Positions 49,291-62,972 of a stretch of DNA of 64,000 nucleotides are shown here, piece by piece. How positions within the stretch are numbered: position 1 is the stretch's first letter; each line of letters begins with the position of its first letter. The translations under genes and the position numbers were made by a program. Source of the stretch: an uncultured bacterium (lineage in GTDB: Bacteria; Desulfobacterota_D; UBA1144; Nemesobacterales; UBA2774); the NCBI GenBank assembly GCA_963705505.1, contig CAVPJU010000006.1:96001-160000 (forward strand), written 5' to 3'. The notes below the pieces were generated by a model that did not search any database, had not been told where the DNA came from, and saw only the letters and a program-made list of their open reading frames with translations.

Positions 49291-50781
49291 CTAATTAAGC
49301 ATCTCCTTTACAATGCCCCTCGCGACCGTCCTGTCGTCGAAAGGGAACTTCTTGGTACCGATAATCTGATAATCCTCGTGACCCTTGCCGGCTATGAGCA
49401 CCGTATCATTCTCCCCTGCCATGCCGATAGCCTTCTTAATGGCTTCTTTCCTGTCCGATATCCTGAAATAGGGCCTGCCGTCAGAGGAAGACTCGAATAC
49501 GCCGCGCTCGATTTCGTCAATTATTTCTTCGGGAGATTCCGTCCGCGGGTTATCCGATGTAACGATCAGGACATCCGAAAGCTCCCTCCCTATAATGCCC
49601 ATTTTGGGCCGCTTGGTCCTGTCCCTGTCTCCGCCGCACCCGAATACAAGAATTAGATTTCCTTTAGTCAGGGGCCTCACCGCAAGAAGAACATTTCTGA
49701 GGGCATCGGGGGTGTGCGCATAATCCACCAGTATTCGGAAACCCAGGGGATTCTCCACTCTTTCGAGTCTCCCGGGAACGGCTGAGAATGCCGACACCGC
49801 TCTTTCTACGGAACCCGCGGAAGAGCCCAGGGAAAGTGCTGCCGAGACCGCACCGAGTATGTTTGATAAATTATGCTCCCCGAAGAGCTGCGATTCTATT
49901 TCGAGGCTCCCGTACGGAGTATTCACGAGGGCGCTTATACCGTCTTCCGAGACCCTATGGCGCTCGGCAAATACGGAGGCGCTTTTATCTCTTACGGAAT
50001 ATGTGATAACTGTTTCAGGCGCCACTTTGGCAATTTCTCTTCCGTAGGGATCGTCTAAGTTGATTACGGAGAACTTGTTCTTCTTATCGCTCCGCCGAAG
50101 AAGCTCCGTGAAGAGCCTCTTTTTCGCATTAAAGTAATTCTCTATCGTTCCGTGGTAATCGAGGTGATCCTGGGTGAGGTTAGTGAATACAGCCGCGTCG
50201 AAATGGCATTCCAGAACCCTTTTTCTATCTATGGCATGGGAAGACACTTCCATCGCTGCGGAGTCCGCTCCCGAATCCCTCATTTCTCTGAAAATCCTCA
50301 TAAGGTCTAGAGATTCCGGTGTCGTCATAGGGGCTTCGATTTTTTTATCCCCGAACCTGTACTCGATCGTGCCTATGACGCCCGGTCTTTTTTGTTCCGC
50401 CTTCCATATCGATTCGAGGAGATAGGTTATAGTCGTTTTCCCGTTCGTACCGGTAACGCCCGCAAGGCAAAGCTCTTTTGTCGGATGGCCGTAAAAATTG
50501 GCCGAAACCCTGGCAAGCGATTCCCTCGAATCCCCGACCTCGATTACCGAAACACCCGGATATATTTTCTCCGGCTGATCTTCAACCAGGAGAGCTTTAG
50601 CGCCGTTTCGGAACGCTGACTCGATATACCTGTGGCCGTCGGCCTTCTCTCCCTTTAGAGCGACAAAAAGGTATCCCTCTTTAACTTTGTTTGAATCAAT
50701 TGAAACACCTGTGATCTCTAACCCGTCGAATCCATTGAAATTTTGTATATTTATTCCTCTTATTATTTCCCTTAATATCAT
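49291..50781 (-). CDS. murE: UDP-N-acetylmuramoyl-dipeptide--meso-DAP ligase
   Basis: TGTNGKTT, MEVSSH, DYAHTPD, DNPR (meso-DAP specificity) and AGKGHE motifs. Confidence 0.97.
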   Translation of the reverse strand: MILREIIRGINIQNFNGFDGLEITGVSIDSNKVKEGYLFVALKGEKADGHRYIESAFRNGAKALLVEDQPEKIYPGVSVIEVGDSRESLARVSANFYGHPTKELCLAGVTGTNGKTTITYLLESIWKAEQKRPGVIGTIEYRFGDKKIEAPMTTPESLDLMRIFREMRDSGADSAAMEVSSHAIDRKRVLECHFDAAVFTNLTQDHLDYHGTIENYFNAKKRLFTELLRRSDKKNKFSVINLDDPYGREIAKVAPETVITYSVRDKSASVFAERHRVSEDGISALVNTPYGSLEIESQLFGEHNLSNILGAVSAALSLGSSAGSVERAVSAFSAVPGRLERVENPLGFRILVDYAHTPDALRNVLLAVRPLTKGNLILVFGCGGDRDRTKRPKMGIIGRELSDVLIVTSDNPRTESPEEIIDEIERGVFESSSDGRPYFRISDRKEAIKKAIGMAGENDTVLIAGKGHEDYQIIGTKKFPFDDRTVARGIVKEMLN

Positions 50782-52703
50782 ATATTCTGTTTAAGTTCTA
50801 TAGAACATACCATACCTTCCCTTATCGTATCCCCGGGCGAGGGGCTTTGTCCCGTCACATACCCGCTGCCCTTGACCTCGACCTTGATGCCCTCCTGCTC
50901 CGACCATTTAAGGATATCCCTTACGCTTTTGCCGCTGAGGTCGGGCATTATCTTTGCGCCGACGAGTTCTTTTCCGGGAGAGATACCCATATGGAACAGC
51001 ACCTTCTCCGCAATCTGTTTGAAAATGGGAGCCGACACCGAACCGCCGTGAGTCATTTTCTTTGGGGCTTCGACAACGACGACGAGCGTGATCTTCGGGT
51101 CGTCCGCAGGGGCGAATCCGATGAATGACGCGACGTACCGGTCGGGATAATACCCGCCGCTCACGGGGTCGGGAATCTGCGCGGTCCCCGTTTTTCCGGC
51201 GACTTTATAACCCGGAATAGCCGCTTTTTTCCCTGTCCCCTCTTCCACGACCCGCTCCAGTATATGGGTCATCTCCTGAGACGTATCGTATGATATTACC
51301 CGACTTTCCACCTCAGGTTTGTTCTCTCTTATTACGGTGCCGTCCGGGTTTCTTATCTCCTTGATCAGATGCGGCTTCATCAGATATCCGCCGTTCGCGA
51401 TCGCAGACAATGCGGAGGCGAGCTGAAGCGCAGTGACGGATACCCCCTGACCGAATGAAATCGTGGCGAGCTCTATCTTGCCCCACGATTTCGGGCTGGT
51501 AAGCCTCCCGCTCGATTCGCCGGGAACATCGATCCCGGTCTTGTCGCCGAAGCCGAACTTTTTGAGATAGCTATAGTATTTTTCCTTGCCCAGCAGCTCC
51601 CCTATCTTCGAAGCTCCGATATTGCTCGAAACCCTTATTACATCCGCAAAGCTCAGTGTGCCGTAAGGATGCACGTCCCTTATTATCTTCGCCCCGACCT
51701 GCCTTCTCCCTTTCTCGCAGTAGAACTCGGTATCCGGAGTCGCCACCTTTGCCTGGAGCGCGCTCGAGGCAAGAAATACTTTCATTGTTGATCCCGGTTC
51801 AAATGTGTACCAGACCGGCAGGTTCCTCCTGTATTCGAGCGGGAAGTCGCCGTACTTGTTGGGGTCGAGAAACGGGTAGGACGCCATCGCGAGCACTTCG
51901 CCGGTCTCGGGGTCTAGGAGAATTGCCATTCCGCTTTCGGCGTTCATCGCCTCGATTCCGTCTTTCAATTCCCTTTCCACTATGTGCTGGATCTGTGAGT
52001 CCACGGTCAGGACGATATCGTGACCGGCGGTTTTCTCTTCGTCGAAGTCCGCGACTATGTCGGGATTGCTTATGATTTTTCTTCCGCGTGCGTCCTTTTT
52101 CAGCGTGATTTTTCCGGGCTTGCCTATCAGGAGTCCGTCATAACGGTATTCGATCCCCTCTATACCGGTCGAATCTATATTGGTAAAACCGAGAACCTGT
52201 CCCATCAGATGACCGTTCGGATATACCCGTTTCGGTTCTTCGATGTAGCCCACGCCTCCCAGGTTCAGGCTCTCGAGCTCGGACGTAATATTCGGATCGA
52301 CGAGCCTATCGAGCCATACGAACGAGGATTTGGACGCCAGCTTCTGCTCCACGCTTTTTTCCGGCATGCCGAGCTTTTCCGAGAGGGTCTTGGAAAGCTC
52401 CGAGGGATTCTTGACTGCGTAGGGGTTGGCGAATACAGACTTGATCTCGACATTCACTGCGAGCTCCTTCATATTCCTGTCGAGGATTTTACCCCGGCGG
52501 GGAAGGAGGGTTGAGCTGCCCTCGTGTTGTTTTCTGGCAATCGTGAATGCGCGTTCGCGATCGAGGACCTGGAGGTCAAGCGCTTTAACGCAGACGAGTG
52601 AAAAGAGTAATAGCACAAAGACCCCGACGATTATTACCTTCCATTTGGGCCTGTCGAGGTCCCTTCCCAGGGAAATCCTTTTCGAGCTCTTTTTAGGCTT
52701 CAT
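50778..52703 (-). CDS. ftsI: Class B penicillin-binding protein FtsI with C-terminal PASTA domain
   Basis: RGKILDRN, EPGSTMK (SxxK), SSN (SxN) and KTGT motifs. Confidence 0.95.
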   Translation of the reverse strand: MKPKKSSKRISLGRDLDRPKWKVIIVGVFVLLLFSLVCVKALDLQVLDRERAFTIARKQHEGSSTLLPRRGKILDRNMKELAVNVEIKSVFANPYAVKNPSELSKTLSEKLGMPEKSVEQKLASKSSFVWLDRLVDPNITSELESLNLGGVGYIEEPKRVYPNGHLMGQVLGFTNIDSTGIEGIEYRYDGLLIGKPGKITLKKDARGRKIISNPDIVADFDEEKTAGHDIVLTVDSQIQHIVERELKDGIEAMNAESGMAILLDPETGEVLAMASYPFLDPNKYGDFPLEYRRNLPVWYTFEPGSTMKVFLASSALQAKVATPDTEFYCEKGRRQVGAKIIRDVHPYGTLSFADVIRVSSNIGASKIGELLGKEKYYSYLKKFGFGDKTGIDVPGESSGRLTSPKSWGKIELATISFGQGVSVTALQLASALSAIANGGYLMKPHLIKEIRNPDGTVIRENKPEVESRVISYDTSQEMTHILERVVEEGTGKKAAIPGYKVAGKTGTAQIPDPVSGGYYPDRYVASFIGFAPADDPKITLVVVVEAPKKMTHGGSVSAPIFKQIAEKVLFHMGISPGKELVGAKIMPDLSGKSVRDILKWSEQEGIKVEVKGSGYVTGQSPSPGDTIREGMVCSIELKQNI

Positions 52704-53038
52704 TTTTTGCCGTCTGCGACCGGGTTCTGTTCTACGTATATTATGTCTTCCTGAGTCGGATACTTGAACCCCATCTCGAGGGCGATTTGTTCGAGCCTGT
52801 CGGGTGATTTCGCCTTCATAAACTCGGACTGAAGTATCCGTTTCTCCTTGAGGAGCTCATTCGTATGTTTGTTGTTTCGCGAAATCTCATAGCCCACCCT
52901 TAATTCCTCGACCTTGAACCTGACATAAAAAAGTGCGAGCGCAACGGCGATCAGGACGAGAATCACGAACCCCGTCGATACCGTTGTTTTCTCCGATTTT
53001 TCCTTCTCCCTGGACCCGAGGGCCTTGACGTGCGCCAT
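52700..53038 (-). CDS. ftsL: Cell division protein FtsL
   Basis: Single TM helix plus coiled coil; located between rsmH and ftsI. Confidence 0.8.
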   Translation of the reverse strand: MAHVKALGSREKEKSEKTTVSTGFVILVLIAVALALFYVRFKVEELRVGYEISRNNKHTNELLKEKRILQSEFMKAKSPDRLEQIALEMGFKYPTQEDIIYVEQNPVADGKK

Positions 53039-53040
53039 AT

Positions 53041-54024
53041 CTACACCCTCTCCCCAACCCTCATTTTTGCGCTCCGCGCCCTGAGGTTGTTTAATATCTC
53101 TTCATCGCCCGGAATTATCGGGGAGCGGGTGAGGACCTTGAGGACCTGCTTTTTGCCGCAGCCGCATTCGGGCATACCGGGAGGACACACACAGGGCGAC
53201 GACAATTTCCGAAAAATAGTCTTGACCAGCCTGTCTTCGAGCGAGTGAAAAGAGATAACCACGAGCCTCCCGCCGATCCGGAGCCGATAAACGGCTTTCC
53301 CTATGAACTCCCTGATATTCTCAAGCTCGTTATTGACCGCGATCCGGAGCGCCTGAAATGTCTTCGTCGCCGGGTGTATTTTGGCGGGGTGGAATTTTTT
53401 AGGGATCGCAAGGGAAACGACCCTCGCAAGTTCGGCAGATGTCTTGATGGGGCTGTCTTTCCTGGTCTCCACGATTCTTTTCGCAATTCTTCTCGACCAC
53501 TTCTCCTCTCCGTACATCTTTAATACCCTTGATATCTCGTCCATCGTCATTTCATTGACGAGGTCATAGGCCGTAAACCTGAGCCTGGGGTCCATCCTCA
53601 TATCGAGCGGCTCCTCCCTCATGAAGCTGAAACCCCTTTCGCTCGATTCTATCTGGTATGAGGACATTCCCAGGTCTGCGACAATGCCGTCGACTTCCCT
53701 TATATCGAGGCTGTCGAGGACCTTATCGATGTCCGAAAAATTACTATTGCGATAAATAACGTGGCCGTTGTACTTGGACAGAATATCGCGGGATATCGAA
53801 ATCGCCTCTTCATCTACGTCGAGTCCTATAACGAGGGACCTGGAGTTTGTGTATTCGAGTATCGATTTGGTGTGTCCGCCCATTCCCAGAGTGGCGTCCA
53901 CGTATATACCTTCGGGACGCGTGATGAGGTAGCTCATAACCTCTTCAGTCATCACCGACCGATGAATCGGCTTCGATATTTCCATGACTGCGCTTTCCAT
54001 TTCCTTATAGTCCTTGTCCCGCAA
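53041..54024 (-). CDS. rsmH: 16S rRNA m4C1402 methyltransferase
   Basis: DATLGMGGH, DLGMSSYQ, LDMRMD, FQALRIAVN and FHSLEDR motifs. Confidence 0.97.
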   Translation of the reverse strand: MRDKDYKEMESAVMEISKPIHRSVMTEEVMSYLITRPEGIYVDATLGMGGHTKSILEYTNSRSLVIGLDVDEEAISISRDILSKYNGHVIYRNSNFSDIDKVLDSLDIREVDGIVADLGMSSYQIESSERGFSFMREEPLDMRMDPRLRFTAYDLVNEMTMDEISRVLKMYGEEKWSRRIAKRIVETRKDSPIKTSAELARVVSLAIPKKFHPAKIHPATKTFQALRIAVNNELENIREFIGKAVYRLRIGGRLVVISFHSLEDRLVKTIFRKLSSPCVCPPGMPECGCGKKQVLKVLTRSPIIPGDEEILNNLRARSAKMRVGERV

Positions 54025-54451
54025 GTATCTCCCTGCTCTTTTTGAATTCTTCGTACGCGCGGCCTTGTTCCTCTTCTTCCCACACTTCTTTAGCCCAGAT
54101 TTCTATCCTGGTGAGCATTCCGATCATGATAAGCTCTTTGTCTATCCTGGCATGGTTCCTTAGGGGCTGGGGAATGAGGACCCTGCCCTGCCCGTCAAGC
54201 GGGCAGTCAACAGCACCGCCCATTAAGTACCTCAGAAAAGAAATGACCTCTTGTTTGAACTGCGGGAGCTCTGAGACCTTTCTTTCTATCTCGTTCCATT
54301 CCCTGAGCGGATACGCAACAAGACATTTATCAAAATTAGTAATGATTAAGGTCTCGTCAGCGTACTTTTCCCTGCACACCTCCCTAAACTTTGCAGGTAT
54401 ACTGACGCGTCCTTTATCCGTCATAGTATGTTCGTATCGTCCTCGAAACAT
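54005..54451 (-). CDS. mraZ: Transcriptional regulator MraZ
   Basis: MFRGRYEH..DKGRVSIPAKFR..DGQGRVLIP..RIEIW. Confidence 0.97.
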   Translation of the reverse strand: MFRGRYEHTMTDKGRVSIPAKFREVCREKYADETLIITNFDKCLVAYPLREWNEIERKVSELPQFKQEVISFLRYLMGGAVDCPLDGQGRVLIPQPLRNHARIDKELIMIGMLTRIEIWAKEVWEEEEQGRAYEEFKKSREILAGQGL

Positions 54452-54491
54452 ATCATACCATCTTATGCCACTTTATGCCACTCAGAACCAC
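54452..54491 (-). promoter_or_regulatory. MraZ-binding direct repeats, four copies with a 10-bp period
   Basis: GTGGTTCTGA GTGGCATAAA GTGGCATAAG ATGGTATGAT directly before the mraZ ATG. Confidence 0.8.
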
Positions 54492-54712
54492 TATATAACT
54501 TCGTATTAAGTTTGTCAAGTAAGTTTGTGTTATTTTTCAATTTTTTAGTTAAATCACCGGTTTGAAGTAAAAACTTTGATAATTAACTTACGTCTTGGCT
54601 CGAAAAGAATGAATTTTTGAACGCCCGGGAACACGTTCACTTTAAGAATGTATCATAACTTATCGATATTCCTATAATTAATATTGACAGGATTCATGCA
54701 TATAAAAATACA

Positions 54713-54732
54713 ATAATGCCACTTTATACCAC
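54713..54732 (-). promoter_or_regulatory. Second pair of MraZ-type repeats
   Basis: GTGGTATAAA GTGGCATTAT, same 10-bp period. Confidence 0.55.
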
Positions 54733-54849
54733 CGTACAACTAAAGTCATTTTCAACAAAGCTTTAACGATTCAAATTTACTCATATGGAATCGGAAAAAG
54801 GCATAAAGTTGTATATAATCATGTACTTCAAAATACGGTAACCGGATAC

Positions 54850-55077
54850 ATGCCGACTATATTCATAAAGCTCAAAAATAACAGTGAATCCGTGTACTTC
54901 CAATCGATTCTGGGCACTTATTCCCACGTTGCATGGGTAAGAACGGAGGACCCGGCGTCGGGGATAATCAAGGTAATACCGACGGAGGACCTTCTCCAGG
55001 AAACCCGTAACATCCTGGAAAGGTTGAGAAAAGAGATTGAATTCGAGGAGGTCGGCCCGGGCGGGGAAAGATTATAA
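54850..55077 (+). CDS. Small DUF4911-like protein
   Basis: 75 aa with a YFQSILGTYSHVAWVRTED pattern; located upstream of murJ. Confidence 0.6.
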   Translation: MPTIFIKLKNNSESVYFQSILGTYSHVAWVRTEDPASGIIKVIPTEDLLQETRNILERLRKEIEFEEVGPGGERL

Positions 55078-55098
55078 ACCCCCTCGGCCCTCTCGCAT

Positions 55099-56667
55099 AT
55101 GGGCGAAAGAGAAGAAATTACACGCTCCGTTGGAATGGTCAGTTTTATAACCATTATCAGTCGTATAGCGGGTTATTTAAGAGATATGCAAATGGCTTAT
55201 TTCTTCGGGGCAACGACTTTTACTGACGCGTACTGGATTGCCTACAGAATCCCGAACCTGTTGAGGAGGCTCCTTGCGGAGGGCTCTCTGACGATATCGT
55301 TTATACCCGTTTTCACGGAGACTTTGGAAAAACAGGGTAAAGAGGAAGCGAAGAAGGTATCCGATATCGTATTCACGATTTTATTTATTATACTGATCGC
55401 AGTCACCATACTCGGGATTATATTCTCCCCTTTTATAATAAAGCTCTTTGCGTATGGTTTCGATCAAAAAACCTTCGAGATCGCGGTAAGTCTCAACCGT
55501 GTAATGTTCCCCTACATCTTTTTCGTATCGCTGGCCGCTCTGTGCATGGGGGTCCTGAATTCTCTGAGAATGTTCTTTGCCCCCGCATTTTCCCCGGTGC
55601 TGCTGAATATCGCGATTATCGGAACGGTCTTCACGCTGCATAGTCACTTTAAGCTGCCGATTTATTCAGCCGCCATAGGAGTCATAATCGGAGGAATCCT
55701 CCAGCTCGTCCAGCAGTTTCCTTATTTGTACATAAAAGGCTTCATGTTCAGCTTCAGGAAAAACCTGCGCCATCCCGCCGTCAAGCGTATTGCGCTTCTG
55801 CTGGTGCCCCAGCTCTTCGGGCTGGCCGTTTATAACCTGAATCTCATCGTGAGCTCTCAATACGCCTCGTATATGTCGGCGGGCACCATCTCCTACCTTT
55901 ACTATGCCGAAAGGCTCACTGAATTCCCCCTGGGGATAATTGCGGTCTCCATAGCGACCGTGCTCCTCCCGAGTCTCTCAAGCTATGTAAGCAAAGGGGA
56001 TTATGAACAATTTCACAATACATATACGTTCACACTGAAGCTGATGCTGCTTATACTGATCCCTTCGCTCGCGGGCCTCATTGCCTTAAGGATCCCCATA
56101 TGCAACATCCTCTATCAAAGAGGTGAGTTCACGTACGAATCCACGCTCGCCACCGCTCAGACTCTTTCCGGATACTGTCTGGGACTATGGGCTGTGGGCG
56201 GGCTCCGGGTTACAGCCCCCGCTTTTTACGCCATGCAGGACACGAAAACGCCTGTCGTGGTCGCGTTTTTCTCATTTCTCCTGAACGCCGCTCTCGGATA
56301 CGTGCTCGGATTTACGCTCAAGCTCGAACACACGGGACTTGCCCTCGCAAACTCCACCTCCTCTATATTCAACTTTCTCGCGCTTATTTACCTGCTGGAA
56401 AGAAGGACAGGTGATTTGAAAGCCAGGACCGTCTTCAACTTCTGCCTTAAAATGATCGTAGTTTCCGCAATTATGGCAGCGGCGGCCTGGAAGATCTCGA
56501 TGTACGCGGACTGGACAGGATCCGCCTTTTCTCTTAAAAAGACCATCGTACTGGTCCTGTCTATAGGCGCCGCGGGTTTGATATTTATAATTTGTACGAA
56601 AATTTTCAAAATTGAGGAAGCAGGGTTCCTCGTGAACCTGATCAGAAGAAAAATGCCGGGGGTTTAA
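55099..56667 (+). CDS. murJ: Lipid II flippase MurJ (MviN)
   Basis: SRIAGYLRD, RIPNLLRRLLAEG, ERLTEFPLG and FYAMQDTKTP motifs. Confidence 0.96.
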   Translation: MGEREEITRSVGMVSFITIISRIAGYLRDMQMAYFFGATTFTDAYWIAYRIPNLLRRLLAEGSLTISFIPVFTETLEKQGKEEAKKVSDIVFTILFIILIAVTILGIIFSPFIIKLFAYGFDQKTFEIAVSLNRVMFPYIFFVSLAALCMGVLNSLRMFFAPAFSPVLLNIAIIGTVFTLHSHFKLPIYSAAIGVIIGGILQLVQQFPYLYIKGFMFSFRKNLRHPAVKRIALLLVPQLFGLAVYNLNLIVSSQYASYMSAGTISYLYYAERLTEFPLGIIAVSIATVLLPSLSSYVSKGDYEQFHNTYTFTLKLMLLILIPSLAGLIALRIPICNILYQRGEFTYESTLATAQTLSGYCLGLWAVGGLRVTAPAFYAMQDTKTPVVVAFFSFLLNAALGYVLGFTLKLEHTGLALANSTSSIFNFLALIYLLERRTGDLKARTVFNFCLKMIVVSAIMAAAAWKISMYADWTGSAFSLKKTIVLVLSIGAAGLIFIICTKIFKIEEAGFLVNLIRRKMPGV

Positions 56668-56817
56668 AGTGAAGCCTGCCCGAACATTCTCTCCCCTTGA
56701 TTTTTCCCCGGCGGGCGTGCCGCGGAATCTCATTATTCCCAACTCGGTCAATGTCTCTTCCTGTAGATGCGGGATTCTTGACTACCAATTTGGTAATAAA
56801 GTAATATCAAAATAACC

Positions 56818-57543
56818 ATGGCCGAAGATAATTACTCGACCGAAGACGAGCTCAGCAATTTCGAGGAAAAGTACGCAAGAATCTTATCTCAGGACCCCTC
56901 ATCGGTCGCCTTCATTTTCCTCGCCCAGGTCCTATACAAGCAGGGGAAAGTCGACAAAGCCATTAATGTATTGATTAACGGATTGAGATATAATAAAAAA
57001 AGCGTCACCGGGAGATTCTTATTAGGAAAAATCTACTACGACAGGTGGATAATAGAGCAGGCGAAGAGGGAATTTCAGACCGTCGTGCAGCTGGCACCCG
57101 ATAATCTCGCGGCCTGCAAAATGCTCGTACAGATATATAAGAGCGAGGACGCATTCGAAAAGGCGCTTGAGATGCTGAGAACAGCTTCCGCGTACCATCC
57201 CCACGACGGGACAATACTTGCGGAGATTAAAGAGATCGAAGACACTCTGTCGAATGTAAAGAAGAAGGAGAAGGAATTTCAGACCGCGAGGGAAAACATA
57301 AGGACGGCCCTCGATTCGAAGAGCATCGAGGAGCTCGAAACGAGCCTCAAGAAATACGATAGGGAGCTATATACAGAAACAGTGGCCGACATCTACTTCG
57401 ATCAGAAGCTATACGACAAATCCTGTGCGGTGCTGGAAGCAATCTTGGAAAACGATCCCGGAAATGATAGAGTCCGGAAGAAGCTCGGGCAGTCGAGGCT
57501 CTTCCTGATAAATAAAGCAGCTGGGTTCATTAAAGGAGAATAA
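56818..57543 (+). CDS. Tetratricopeptide repeat protein
   Basis: [11 protein letters not shown].. TPR helices; C-terminal [11 protein letters not shown] motif. Confidence 0.75.
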   Translation: MAEDNYSTEDELSNFEEKYARILSQDPSSVAFIFLAQVLYKQGKVDKAINVLINGLRYNKKSVTGRFLLGKIYYDRWIIEQAKREFQTVVQLAPDNLAACKMLVQIYKSEDAFEKALEMLRTASAYHPHDGTILAEIKEIEDTLSNVKKKEKEFQTARENIRTALDSKSIEELETSLKKYDRELYTETVADIYFDQKLYDKSCAVLEAILENDPGNDRVRKKLGQSRLFLINKAAGFIKGE

Positions 57544-57551
57544 TCTCAGAT

Positions 57552-57998
57552 ATGAAAATACTTATCATCCACGGACCAAACCTCAACATGCTCGGAAAAC
57601 GCGAGCCCGAAATCTACGGGGCGGGCACGCTGCAGGAAATCAACAGACTGCTCCGGGACGAGGCAAAACAGCTCGGGGTTAAAAACGAAATTTTCCAGTC
57701 CAACTCGGAAGGAGAAATCGTGGGCAGGATACAGGACGCCATGAAAAAGTTCGACGGACTCCTGATCAATCCCGGCGCATATACCCATACGAGCATCGCG
57801 ATCCGTGACGCGATACTTTCAGCCGGACTGCCTGCGGTCGAAGTCCACATTTCCAATATATACAAGAGAGAGGATTTCAGACAAAAATCATTCATTTCAG
57901 GCGTTGCGCTGGGCGTCATATCCGGATTCGGAGCGGACAGCTATATCCTCGGATTGAGAGGACTGGTAAATTACCTAAGCGGCCGGAAACCGGAGTGA
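57552..57998 (+). CDS. aroQ: Type II 3-dehydroquinate dehydratase
   Basis: [27 protein letters not shown] and EVHISN motifs. Confidence 0.97.
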   Translation: MKILIIHGPNLNMLGKREPEIYGAGTLQEINRLLRDEAKQLGVKNEIFQSNSEGEIVGRIQDAMKKFDGLLINPGAYTHTSIAIRDAILSAGLPAVEVHISNIYKREDFRQKSFISGVALGVISGFGADSYILGLRGLVNYLSGRKPE

Positions 57999-58102
57999 GC
58001 GCGGACTTATATGATTAATTTAAAAACGAGCTTTGCCTGAGCCGCAAACGGCTCTCTGTTTTCTCCGATCGAAATTTTCATGAAAACATTTTTCCCGTTC
58101 AT

Positions 58103-59797
58103 ATGAAGAAGCACTGGACAATAAAAAAAGAGAACCCGAAGCTAAGAGACAAGCTTGCGAAGAACCTTCAGATCTCGCCGATAACCGCTCAAATCCTCAT
58201 AAACAGGGGTATCGGAAACGAAGCCGAAGCCAACCTATATCTCAACAGCACCCTTTTCGACCTCCCTTCGCCGTACCTTATGAAAGGAATGGATAAAGCG
58301 GTGGAAAGGATCAAAAGGGCGATAGTCAATAAGGAAAAAATAGCGATATACGGGGATTACGATGTGGACGGAGTCACGTCCACAGCACTCTTTTATACGT
58401 TCCTTAAATATCTCGGAGCTGATGTAATTTTCTACAACCCCGACAGGATTAAAGAAGGCTACGGTGTGAATATCGAGGCCGTAAGAAAACTGGCGGGGGA
58501 AGGGGTGACCCTCTTTATATCGGGGGACTGCGGCATAACGGCGGTAAGGGAGGTCGAGGAGGCAAAGAGCCTCGGGGCCGATTTTATAGTGACCGACCAC
58601 CACAAACCCCCGGAGGAGCTGCCCGATGCCGTGTCGATATTGAACCCCCAGCTCTCCGACTGTAAATATCCCGGGAAAATGATAACGGGGGTGGGAGTAA
58701 TGTTTAACCTGGCGGTAGCGCTCAGACGCTCGCTCAGGGAAGACGGGTTCTTCGGGAAGCGCGAGCCCAACCTGGCGGACTACCTCGATCTCGTCGCCCT
58801 CGGGACCGTCGCGGACTGCGCCCCGCTGATGGACGTCAACCGAATATTCGTGAAAGAGGGAATAAAGAGGATGGAGAACCCCAGGAGGATCGGAGTTCAG
58901 GCTCTCAAGGAGGCGAGCAGCATCGAAGGGGTCGTCAATTCTTATGATCTCGGGTTCAAACTCGGGCCGAGGATAAACGCATCGGGAAGGCTGGGAAGCG
59001 CCGGGAAAGCGGTCGAGCTCTTCATATCGGAGGACCTCGAAAGCGCGAGGGATATCGCGAAAACACTCAGCAGGGAAAATTCGAACAGACAAAATATAGA
59101 AGGAGAAATTTTTGCAGAAGCAATTACACAGATCGAATCCAACCCCGAGATTTTAGATGCCAACTCGATAGTGCTCGCTTCACCCGATTGGCACCCGGGA
59201 ATAATCGGTATCGTGGCCTCGAGGATCGTCGAGAGATACGATAAACCGGTGATTCTCATCGCGATCGATAAAAACGGCATAGGTAAAGGTTCCGGGCGGA
59301 GTGTAGAGGGAATCAATATATACAGCGCGCTCTCCGAATGCCGGGATCTCTTCTTACAGTTCGGAGGGCACGAGCAGGCGGCGGGTCTATCCATCAGAGA
59401 GGACAGAATAGAAGAGTTCAGGTCGATGTTCGATAAGGCGGTCGCGGATTCGGGTCACGCTTTCGAGCCCAGCCTGAATATAGACTGCGAAGTGGAATTC
59501 GGCCAGCTCACAGATGAGCTAGTTTCCGAATTCGGTCTCCTGGAGCCTTTCGGCATTGGTAACCCGGAGCCCGTTTTACTCGCTCAATCCGTCGAGGTCG
59601 TATCACAGCGCCTCTTCAAGGACAAGCACCTGGGTCTCAGGCTGAAGCAGGGGAATAAATCCCTCGAAGCAATATGGTTTAACGTGAACGACGCCACGCA
59701 GCTGCCCGGTAAAATCGATATCGTATTCACACCGGAATTCAACAAATGGAACGGGAAAAGGGATATAAGGCTCAGGGTACGGGACGGAAGCTGGTAG
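58103..59797 (+). CDS. recJ: Single-stranded-DNA exonuclease RecJ
   Basis: YGDYDVDG, DCG, TDHH, LGTVAD, PRINASGR and FGGHEQAAG motifs. Confidence 0.97.
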   Translation: MKKHWTIKKENPKLRDKLAKNLQISPITAQILINRGIGNEAEANLYLNSTLFDLPSPYLMKGMDKAVERIKRAIVNKEKIAIYGDYDVDGVTSTALFYTFLKYLGADVIFYNPDRIKEGYGVNIEAVRKLAGEGVTLFISGDCGITAVREVEEAKSLGADFIVTDHHKPPEELPDAVSILNPQLSDCKYPGKMITGVGVMFNLAVALRRSLREDGFFGKREPNLADYLDLVALGTVADCAPLMDVNRIFVKEGIKRMENPRRIGVQALKEASSIEGVVNSYDLGFKLGPRINASGRLGSAGKAVELFISEDLESARDIAKTLSRENSNRQNIEGEIFAEAITQIESNPEILDANSIVLASPDWHPGIIGIVASRIVERYDKPVILIAIDKNGIGKGSGRSVEGINIYSALSECRDLFLQFGGHEQAAGLSIREDRIEEFRSMFDKAVADSGHAFEPSLNIDCEVEFGQLTDELVSEFGLLEPFGIGNPEPVLLAQSVEVVSQRLFKDKHLGLRLKQGNKSLEAIWFNVNDATQLPGKIDIVFTPEFNKWNGKRDIRLRVRDGSW

Positions 59798-59950
59798 CCT
59801 TGCAGCACAAGATGTAACAGAAATGGGACGGCACGCTCCGGAGGTTCACGGGGAGGTGAAACCGTTCCGTTCATAGACATCGAACCGGTAATTAACGATA
59901 AGCAGTGAAGCGGAGTGTTTCCGTACCGCACAATGGTCGAGTGTATGAAC

Positions 59951-62856
<2,906 letters not shown>

Positions 62857-62972
62857 AGGTGTACTGAAATTAACGAGAAATTATATTTAATTATCGGAGG
62901 AGTATTTTTCCGATTGAATAGATAGAGCCGAATATCTAAAAGTGAAGCCCTGAAGGACTCTATCTCTCAATT

